Part shown: one piece after another, positions 37,503-44,655 of the stretch
Layout of the letters: every line of letters starts with the position of its first letter
How positions within the stretch are numbered: the stretch's first letter is position 1
Source of the DNA: Paracoccaceae bacterium
GTDB taxonomy: Bacteria; Pseudomonadota; Alphaproteobacteria; Rhodobacterales; Rhodobacteraceae
Direction of reading: 5' to 3'
Length of the DNA stretch: 64,000 bases
Assembly: GCA_020832445.1 (NCBI GenBank)
Contig: JAFIEO010000051.1
Span: 232 to 64,231, forward strand
Made by a program: the position numbers and the translations under genes
The notes under the pieces: generated by a model
Databases searched by the model: none
What the model saw: only the letters and a program-made list of their open reading frames with translations
What the model was told of the DNA's origin: nothing

Positions 37503-40355
37503 ATGCTAGAAGACGGCGATGCCCAGGGTCGGGCTTTGGGGCAAGCAGATCGCGACGCCACAATTGCCCGCGCTTTCAGCGATGCGCAAAGCCTGCTGCA
37601 CAGATCTACAGCAGAACACCAGCAAGACGCCATCATGACCGCATTGCAGATGGTTGGTCAGGCGATGGGGGCCGACAGGGCTTATATATTTCGAATCAAA
37701 GAGCCTGTTTCCGTCGATAATACGCATGAATGGTGCGCAGATGGCATCCGGCCCCTGAAGGCAGAACTGCAAGACCTGCCCTATGAAATGGGTGACCCGT
37801 TCTGGCAGGCCTTCCGCGCGTCCAGACAGGCCTTCATGCTGGATATTCGCATGATTCCAGTTGGCAGCGCGTTTCACGAGTTGCTTGAAGATCATGAGAT
37901 CAAATCGCTGCTTGCATCGTCGCTGTGGTCCGATGGTGATATGATCGGCCTTGTCGGGCTGGATTTTGTGCGCGGCCACAGGCTGTTCACAGACCTTGAA
38001 TGCAGCCTGATGCAAGGATTTGCGGCATCTCTCGGGATGGTCCTGAATTTGGTGGAGCAAGCCCACACGCTTCAGCGCGTGAAATCCGACTTGCGGCTGG
38101 AACGCGCGCGAATCGAGGCGATGGTTTTTTCGTTGCCGGAATTGCTTGTTGAAACCGACAGCGATGGCATGATTGTGTCCTTCAACCAAGGTGATCCGCT
38201 GGTTTTTGCGTTGAATCCCGATGAGGTGATTGGCCGGTCCCCGGATATGGTGTTGCCGCCAGATGTTGCCGCAATCGTGCGCAAGGCTATGAAACAGGTC
38301 GATCTTTTTGGCTGGTCGCCCAGTTTCGCCTATACCGTGCCATTCCCTTCGGGCGACAAACGTTTTACGCTGACCGCGACCAGACGCCACCATGATGCCC
38401 CCCATACAGCGCATGGCTATTTGTTCATTGTGCGCGACATCACAGAAAGCTACTTGCAGGATAAACAGATACGGCAACTTGGCCGCGTCGCGGAACTGTC
38501 CACGAACATTATCATGCTGACTGACAAGAACAGGCATGTGACATGGATGAACCCGGCCAGCGTTGCCCGGACGGGCTACACCTTGAAAACAGCGCAGGAC
38601 AAACGTCCCAGTGACATTCTGCATCTGCGTGATGCAGCCCCTGACCGTGCCCAAACTGTCTGTCACGCGCTGGACAACGGCCAAAGTATCAATGCGGAAT
38701 TTCAGGCGCGCAGCCGTCGCGGCATTTCCTATTGGCTGGACCTGAATGTCCAGCCGTTGCGCAGCCCCGACGGGTATATTCAAGGCTATCTGGTTGTGGG
38801 TGTGGACATCACGTCGCACAAACTGGCCGAGGCGCGCGCCTTGCGTGACAAGATTCAAGCGATGGAGATCACCCGCGAAGGAATCGCGATCCTGAACCCT
38901 GATGGACGGTTTTCGTATCTGAACTGCGCATTCCGCGCGGCCTTGGGCGTGGCGCGCGATGTAGATGTATCGGGGCTGAGCTGGGATGAACTGGTCGCAC
39001 CAGCGCATATTCCGAAACTGACAGCCATTTTCTCTGAACTGATGTGCGAAGGATACTGGTCAGGAGAGGTCATGTTGCCCGGTCCTGACGGGGATGACGC
39101 ATGGTTTGATCTGTCCTTGTCTGTTCAGGACGATGGCAGCATTTTTGTGCTGGCGCGCAATGTTACTGCGCGACGTCTGGCCGAAGCCGACCGCCAGCGG
39201 CTGCGCGAACAGCTTCAGATTGCGCAAAGCAGGCAGCTTATGTCGCATCTGGCAGGGGGGTTGGCCCATGATTTCGCCAATATTCTGGCGGCGATCATGG
39301 GGTCGGTCGATATATTGAAACCCAAGGCAGGCCCCGACATTCTGCCCGGACTGGCGCGCATACACGCCGCTGGCCGCCAAGGGCAGGCGCTTGTCGGCAA
39401 CCTGATGCGGCTGGGCCGAATGAAATCCGCCGCAAGCATGGCCGACCTGCAAGATGTCCTGCGCCAATCGGTCGAACTGGTCCGGCCCGGGCTGGGCAAG
39501 GAAATTTCTGTGGTGCTGGACTTTGATGACAAGGCCGCTGCAACACAGGTGGATGCAACTGAAATGATGCAGGTCATCATCAACCTGATGATGAATGCTG
39601 CGGACTCGATCCGGCAAAAAGGCACATCAATCGGGCGGATCACCTTGCGCATGGCCGCAAAAGACAGTCTTTGCTCTGCGCCGGTTGTAGATATCGGCAA
39701 GGTGTCAGCCAAGAAACGCTATGTCGTTATCGACATATCAGACACCGGGGCCGGCATGACGCGCGCGGTGCGATCCGAAATCTTCAAGCCGTATTTCACA
39801 ACCAAAGGCGCTGGGGGCACGGGGCTTGGTCTGGCAATTGTTGCGCATGTTGTCACGTCACGAAACTGGGGGTTGCAGGTTTTGGACGCCGCGACAGGGG
39901 GAACCATCATGCGGCTTTACCTGCCAACCCTGATGCCCGACATAACCAACGCGCCCGAACGGGTGGAACCCGCTGCACAGCCGCTGGCCGGGCGGAATGT
40001 GCTTCTTGTCGATGCAGATGACCGTGTGTTGCAGAGTATGGCCGGAATTCTGTCCCTCGCTGGTGCCGAAGTGGCAAGTTGCACAGACCCGCATGATGCG
40101 CTTGATGCACTGCGTGAAGATCCTCAGGCTTGGGATACTGTGTTGGCAGATCAGAACCTGACACCCATCACGGGGCTGGAACTGGCGCGGGAACTCATGT
40201 CAATAAATCGCAACCTGCAAATATATGTTACCGGAACGTCGCTGCCATTGCAATTTGCGAAAGACTTCGATAACAAACTGAGCACTGCATTAATATCGAA
40301 ATCCATATCCGGTGCTGAATTAATTGCAGTTCTTTCGCGCACAGATCGGACGTAG
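37503..40355 (+). CDS. Hybrid sensor histidine kinase: GAF, three PAS-like segments, HisKA, HATPase, C-terminal receiver
   Basis: GAF-like N-terminus (GADRAYIFRI...THEWCADG...IGLVGLDF). PAS-like repeats (e.g. IIMLTDKNRHVTWMNPA, GIAILNPDGRFSYLN). H-box GGLAHDFANIL, N-box NLMMNAADS, G-box DTGAGM / GGTGLGLAIV. Receiver NVLLVDADD...VLADQNL. No TM segment seen. DNA is visibly lower in GC than its neighbours. Confidence 0.85.
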   Translation: MLEDGDAQGRALGQADRDATIARAFSDAQSLLHRSTAEHQQDAIMTALQMVGQAMGADRAYIFRIKEPVSVDNTHEWCADGIRPLKAELQDLPYEMGDPFWQAFRASRQAFMLDIRMIPVGSAFHELLEDHEIKSLLASSLWSDGDMIGLVGLDFVRGHRLFTDLECSLMQGFAASLGMVLNLVEQAHTLQRVKSDLRLERARIEAMVFSLPELLVETDSDGMIVSFNQGDPLVFALNPDEVIGRSPDMVLPPDVAAIVRKAMKQVDLFGWSPSFAYTVPFPSGDKRFTLTATRRHHDAPHTAHGYLFIVRDITESYLQDKQIRQLGRVAELSTNIIMLTDKNRHVTWMNPASVARTGYTLKTAQDKRPSDILHLRDAAPDRAQTVCHALDNGQSINAEFQARSRRGISYWLDLNVQPLRSPDGYIQGYLVVGVDITSHKLAEARALRDKIQAMEITREGIAILNPDGRFSYLNCAFRAALGVARDVDVSGLSWDELVAPAHIPKLTAIFSELMCEGYWSGEVMLPGPDGDDAWFDLSLSVQDDGSIFVLARNVTARRLAEADRQRLREQLQIAQSRQLMSHLAGGLAHDFANILAAIMGSVDILKPKAGPDILPGLARIHAAGRQGQALVGNLMRLGRMKSAASMADLQDVLRQSVELVRPGLGKEISVVLDFDDKAAATQVDATEMMQVIINLMMNAADSIRQKGTSIGRITLRMAAKDSLCSAPVVDIGKVSAKKRYVVIDISDTGAGMTRAVRSEIFKPYFTTKGAGGTGLGLAIVAHVVTSRNWGLQVLDAATGGTIMRLYLPTLMPDITNAPERVEPAAQPLAGRNVLLVDADDRVLQSMAGILSLAGAEVASCTDPHDALDALREDPQAWDTVLADQNLTPITGLELARELMSINRNLQIYVTGTSLPLQFAKDFDNKLSTALISKSISGAELIAVLSRTDRT

Positions 40356-40385
40356 TGGTGTCCGGGTGCCTTGGGACTTCATCTT

Positions 40386-41015
40386 ATGCGTCTATTGATT
40401 GCCGACGACCATGCATTGATTCTTGACATGCTCCAGAATTTTCTAGGGCAGGAAAAAGACATGCAAATCGTAGCGGCAACCGATATGCAGGATGCGATGT
40501 CCGCTGTATCGGCGCAACCGGCTTTCGACCTTGCGCTGCTGGACTATGATATGCCCGGAATGGACGGGCTGGACGGGTTGCGCCGCTTCATGGAAAACAA
40601 TTCCGCGCCGCCTGCTGTCATCCTGTCGGGACATGCTACGCGCGATGTGGCCCAACGCGCCGTCAATATGGGTGCGCGCGGGTTCTTGCCGAAATCGATG
40701 CCCGCACAATCGCTGCTGCACGCTATCCGGTTCATGGCGCTGGGCGAAAAATATGTGCCGGTGGATATCTTGTTTTCAACAGATCAGGCCGACGCTTCAC
40801 CGGCACCTGACGGCCCCTCTGCCACAGCTTTGACTGCGCGTGAACTTGACGTGCTCAAGGCGCTGTGTGACGGCAAGACCAATAAGGAAATTGCGCGTGA
40901 TCTGGGGTTGCGCGAACCAACCATCAAACTGCATGTCAAGACACTCTACCGGCGCCTTGGTGCCAGCAACCGGACGCAGGCGGCCATGATCGCCAGATCC
41001 TGGGGCATATACTGA
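40386..41015 (+). CDS. NarL/FixJ-type response regulator (REC + LuxR HTH)
   Basis: ORF 40371..41015. Start moved to ATG 40386 (MRLLIADDHALI). Phospho-acceptor context LALLDYDMPGMDG. LuxR HTH LTARELDVLKALCDGKTNKEIARDLGLREPTIKLHVKTLYRRLG. Confidence 0.9.
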   Translation: MRLLIADDHALILDMLQNFLGQEKDMQIVAATDMQDAMSAVSAQPAFDLALLDYDMPGMDGLDGLRRFMENNSAPPAVILSGHATRDVAQRAVNMGARGFLPKSMPAQSLLHAIRFMALGEKYVPVDILFSTDQADASPAPDGPSATALTARELDVLKALCDGKTNKEIARDLGLREPTIKLHVKTLYRRLGASNRTQAAMIARSWGIY

Positions 41016-41115
41016 CACGCTGCTTGCTTTATTGATTATCCATCTGGTTTTGAAGCCGATTTTCTGTTAGTTTCTGAACATAAGCTGTATCAAAGCAGCA
41101 CTGGCAGGGGCAGAC

Positions 41116-42168
41116 ATGAAACGCGCAGCATCATTGGTCGGGGTTTTCGCCCTCGACTGGGCTTCAACAGAAACCGACGGCATACCCGGACTGGACCCGC
41201 AATGGTTGCGTGCCGGATCATCATGGCGCTGGAATGGGGATGTGCATTGCCTTGACGGGCGCGCAGATGTCTTGCGCCTCGGTCTTGCGCAGGACGGTCT
41301 GGATATCCACGCCCGTGCGCGCCCTGTTGCTGCCCGTCTTGGGGGCAATCTGCCCCGGTTCGAAGTCACACCGCCCCTGCCCGCGGCCCCTGCAATGGGG
41401 GTTATGTTGACCGACGGCCTGTCATTGTTCAGCGCCCGCATTGTTCAGGTGGCGGGGCGTTGGGTTGTCGTGTTTGCCAATGGCATGCCGCCAAAGGGGC
41501 AGATCTTGTATGTGGTTGAAAACGCCATTGCGCCTGATCAGGACGCAGCCCGTGACCTTGCGCAATCACAGCCGCAGGATGTCATTTGCTTTGCGGATGA
41601 CACGTTGATTGCGACCCCGACAGGGCCACGCCCCATTCACCAGTTGCAGGCAGGTGATCTTGTCCTGACCCAGGATGACGGCCCGCAGCCGGTTATCTGG
41701 ACAGGAACCAGCCGTGTGTGCGGCATGGCCATGCGCCGCTATCCGCATCTGCGCCCGATCCGGTTGCGTGGCGGTGTGTTGGGCACTGCGCAGCCTGACG
41801 AAGAATTGCGCGTCTCGCCAGGGCATCGGCTGGTGATGCGCGGGGCACGCGCGCGCGCGCTGTTCAATCTGGACGAAGTGCTGGTGCGCGCCCGTGATCT
41901 GCTGGATCATGACGGGGTGACACAGGACATGGCGCTGCACGGCGCAACCTATATGCATCTCTTGCTGGAACATCATCAGATCATCTTCGCCAATAACGTG
42001 CCGACCGAAAGTTTTCACCCCGCCTTTGCCACGCCCGATCTGTTGCGTCCGCACCGCGCCAGCCTGCGGGCGGTTTTCGCCGGTTTGGACCACGAGGGTG
42101 CGGTAAGTTATGGTGAAACCGCGCGCCGCTATCTGGGCACGGCGGAAACTGCGCTGCTTGCCGCATAA
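41116..42168 (+). CDS. Hint (hedgehog/intein-like) domain protein with an unassigned ~165-aa N-terminal region
   Basis: VICFADDTLIATPTGPRPIHQLQAGDLV (Cys-1 block), RVSPGHRLVM (TxxH-like block) and HLLLEHHQIIFANNVPTESFHP (C-terminal block). Matches the Hint_2-type proteins common in Rhodobacterales. Confidence 0.8.
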   Translation: MKRAASLVGVFALDWASTETDGIPGLDPQWLRAGSSWRWNGDVHCLDGRADVLRLGLAQDGLDIHARARPVAARLGGNLPRFEVTPPLPAAPAMGVMLTDGLSLFSARIVQVAGRWVVVFANGMPPKGQILYVVENAIAPDQDAARDLAQSQPQDVICFADDTLIATPTGPRPIHQLQAGDLVLTQDDGPQPVIWTGTSRVCGMAMRRYPHLRPIRLRGGVLGTAQPDEELRVSPGHRLVMRGARARALFNLDEVLVRARDLLDHDGVTQDMALHGATYMHLLLEHHQIIFANNVPTESFHPAFATPDLLRPHRASLRAVFAGLDHEGAVSYGETARRYLGTAETALLAA

Positions 42169-42194
42169 GGGCGGCTGCGCGCCACCAATGGCAG

Positions 42195-42222
42195 TTGACA
42201 CCCGCCCATGCGCCTGTATAAG
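42195..42222 (+). promoter_or_regulatory. Candidate sigma-70 promoter of rpsD
   Basis: TTGACA-N16-TATAAG, about 140 nt upstream of the rpsD GTG. Confidence 0.5.
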
Positions 42223-42359
42223 CGCGCATCCCCAAGTGACCGGCTTGCGGGTGCTTATTGGTGTTGGTGGCTCCCGCAAGGGACAGCCTGTCTCCCGCTC
42301 AGGGAAAGGACAACGCCCTTCACAGGCCCGACAGGGCCGTATCTGGAAGGAGATCAGCC

Positions 42360-42980
42360 GTGACCAAACGCACGTCTGCCAAGTATAAAATTGACCGCCG
42401 CATGGGCGAAAACATCTGGGGCCGCCCCAAAAGCCCTGTAAACCGCCGCGACTACGGCCCCGGCCAGCACGGCCAGCGCCGCAAAACCAAATTGTCCGAT
42501 TTCGGCACCCAGCTGCGCGCCAAACAAAAGCTCAAAGGCTATTATGGCGATCTGACCGAAAAGCAGTTCCGCCGCATCTATGCCGAAGCAGAACGCATCA
42601 AGGGCGATACCGGTGAAAACCTGATCGGTCTGCTGGAACGTCGTCTGGACGCCGTGATCTACCGCGCGAAATTCGTCCCGACCGTGTTTGCCGCACGCCA
42701 GTTCGTTAATCACGGTCATGTCACCGTGAACGGCCAGCGCGTGAACATTCCCAGCTACCGGATCCGCGAAGGCGACGTGATCGCCATCCGCGACAAATCC
42801 AAGCAACTGGCCATCGTTCTGGAAGCCGTTGCACTGGCCGAACGCGATGTCCCCGATTATCTGGAAGTTGACCATTCCAAAATGACCGCGACTTTCGTGC
42901 GGACCCCGGCCTTGGGTGATGTGCCGTATCCGGTCCAGATGGAACCGAACCTTGTGGTCGAATTCTACGCGAAGAACTGA
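42360..42980 (+). CDS. rpsD: 30S ribosomal protein S4
   Basis: In frame with ORF 42258..42980. GTG start at 42360 preceded by [34 protein letters not shown]...[10 protein letters not shown] is canonical S4. Confidence 0.95.
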   Translation: MTKRTSAKYKIDRRMGENIWGRPKSPVNRRDYGPGQHGQRRKTKLSDFGTQLRAKQKLKGYYGDLTEKQFRRIYAEAERIKGDTGENLIGLLERRLDAVIYRAKFVPTVFAARQFVNHGHVTVNGQRVNIPSYRIREGDVIAIRDKSKQLAIVLEAVALAERDVPDYLEVDHSKMTATFVRTPALGDVPYPVQMEPNLVVEFYAKN

Positions 42981-43002
42981 TTTCTTCGCGACATCACGTC
43001 CG

Positions 43003-43032
43003 AAAACCCCGCCCTTACGGCGGGGTTTTTCA
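43003..43032 (+). terminator. Rho-independent terminator of rpsD
   Basis: AAAACCCCGCC-cttac-GGCGGGGTTTTT, 22 nt after the stop. Confidence 0.9.
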
Positions 43033-43080
43033 TTTGGGCGCGTGACACCAAACGCGCTCCCTGGCTTTCATTCTGGATTA

Positions 43081-43182
43081 GAGCATATCACGTTCATTCG
43101 CATTCACGAGATATGCTCTAACTTATTGATTTCGCATGTTCGAGAAGCTCAAAACCGGTGCCCACTTTTGAGCAACATGCTC
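43081..43182 (+). mobile_element. Family B MITE-like element, copy B1 (102 bp, TA-flanked)
   Basis: Ends are GAGCATAT.../...ACATGCTC (inverted) with TA on both sides. Internal hairpins are GAGCATATCACG...CGAGATATGCTC and GCATGTT..GCTCAAAA-N11-TTTTGAGC-AACATGC. Confidence 0.8.
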
Positions 43183-43184
43183 TA

Positions 43185-43286
43185 GAGCATATCATGTTCA
43201 TTCGCATTCACGAGACATGCTCTGACTTATTGATTTCGCATGTTCGAAAAGCTCAAAACCGGTTCCCACTTTTGAGCAACATGCTA
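43185..43286 (+). mobile_element. Family B MITE-like element, copy B2 (tandem to B1, sharing one TA)
   Basis: Near-identical to B1, with a few substitutions by eye. The right end has decayed to ATGCTA. Confidence 0.8.
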
Positions 43287-43321
43287 TAGCTTTCATTCTG
43301 GCTTAAATATCCACAGGGTTT

Positions 43322-43350
43322 CCAAAGGGGGCGTGCCCCCTTGGCCTTTT
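43322..43350. terminator. GC-rich stem-loop downstream of dinB (possible bidirectional terminator)
   Basis: CCAAAGGGGGC-gtg-CCCCCTTGG followed by CCTTTT, 11 nt beyond the dinB stop. Confidence 0.4.
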
Positions 43351-43360
43351 GGGAATTGCT

Positions 43361-44614
43361 TTAACGCAGGCTGCGTCCTTTGATTACGGCATCGGGACCA
43401 AACCGTGCCCGCAACGCATCGATTGCACGTTCGGCGCGTGCGCGCCCTTCGGCGCCGGGGTCCAGCAGGTCGGGGCTGAATCCCGCACCGCTATCCGCAC
43501 TCAGATCCGATATCCCCACCCCCAGCAGCCTGAATGGCCCGTTGGACAAGGCCTGCGCCAGCAATGGTTGTGCCGTGCGATAAATCACATCAGCCAGATA
43601 TGTCGGGCCGCGTAAACTGGTGCGCCGTGTCAGTATCCGGTGGTCGGCGCGCTTCAGCTTCAGCGTGACCACCACACCTGCCAGCCCTTTGGCCTTGGCA
43701 CGGCTGGCAACCTGATCCGACAGCCGCCACAAATGCCCCTCCAATACGTCCAGATCCGTCAGGTCGGTGTCAAATGTGGTTTCCTTGGAAATGGATTTGA
43801 CCGACGGGTCGCGGCTGACAGGGCGCGTGTCCTGTCCCCGCGCCAGATGCCACAGCCGCAGCCCCATCGCCCCGAACCGTGCGACAAGATCAGACTGGGC
43901 CCACCGCAGCAGGTCGTCAATCGTGGCAATCCCTGCCTGCGCCAGTTGCGCCCGCATGGCGGTGCCCACGCCCCAGATCATGCCCACGGGTTTGCCGCGC
44001 AAAAAGCTTTCCGTGCCAGCGCGCGAAATCACGGCAAACCCGCGCGGCTTGTCCAGATCGGACGCGATCTTGGCCAGAAACTTGTTATGCGACAATCCGA
44101 CAGATCCTGACAGCCGCAATTCCTGTTCCATCCGGCGGATCAGGCGCGCAAGCGACACGGCAGGCGGCACGCCGTGCAGGCGTGTTGTGCCGGTCAGGTC
44201 CAGAAAAGCCTCGTCCAGCGACAGCGGCTCGATGGCGGGTGTCAGGTCTTCCATCATGGCGCGTATTTCACGCGATGCGGCGGCATAGGCGTCAAACCGG
44301 GGTTTCACGACCACCGCTTCGGGGCAAAGCTGCAATGCCTTGAACATGGGCATTGCCGATCGCACGCCGTGAATGCGCGCAATGTAGCAGGCCGTCGTGA
44401 CCACCCCGCGATGACCGCCGCCCACGATCACGGGTTTGTCCTTCAGCTCGGGGTTGTCGCGTTTTTCAACACTGGCATAAAATGCATCGCAATCCATATG
44501 TGCGATGCTCAGATCCAGCAATTCCGGGTCCGCCACAACGCGCGGCGAATGGCAGGCCGGACAACGCGGGCCTGCATCAAAACGGGTCAGACAATCACGG
44601 CATAGCGCAGGCAT
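43361..44614 (-). CDS. dinB: DNA polymerase IV (Y-family) with an N-terminal CxxC...CxxC extension
   Basis: HMDCDAFYASVEKRDNPELKDKPVIVGG (catalytic Asp motif) and SLDEAFLD. Preceded by MPALCRDCLTRFDAGPRCPACHSP. Confidence 0.9.
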   Translation of the reverse strand: MPALCRDCLTRFDAGPRCPACHSPRVVADPELLDLSIAHMDCDAFYASVEKRDNPELKDKPVIVGGGHRGVVTTACYIARIHGVRSAMPMFKALQLCPEAVVVKPRFDAYAAASREIRAMMEDLTPAIEPLSLDEAFLDLTGTTRLHGVPPAVSLARLIRRMEQELRLSGSVGLSHNKFLAKIASDLDKPRGFAVISRAGTESFLRGKPVGMIWGVGTAMRAQLAQAGIATIDDLLRWAQSDLVARFGAMGLRLWHLARGQDTRPVSRDPSVKSISKETTFDTDLTDLDVLEGHLWRLSDQVASRAKAKGLAGVVVTLKLKRADHRILTRRTSLRGPTYLADVIYRTAQPLLAQALSNGPFRLLGVGISDLSADSGAGFSPDLLDPGAEGRARAERAIDALRARFGPDAVIKGRSLR

Positions 44615-44655
44615 GGCCAGTTATAGCGCAGGACATGCGCATAAGACCATGACCT

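Noticed and set aside
37506-39008. 500-aa ORF antisense to the hybrid kinase
   Set aside because: The plus strand shows clear GAF/PAS/HisKA organisation, while the antisense product has none.
43081-43286. Possible CRISPR array or other tandem array
   Set aside because: There are only two directly abutting 102-bp units with no spacers, no cas genes, and a third dispersed copy. The pattern fits a MITE, not CRISPR.
44615-44655. LexA/SOS box upstream of dinB
   Set aside because: I searched the spacer by eye for GTTC-N7-GTTC / GAAC-N7-GAAC and found none.
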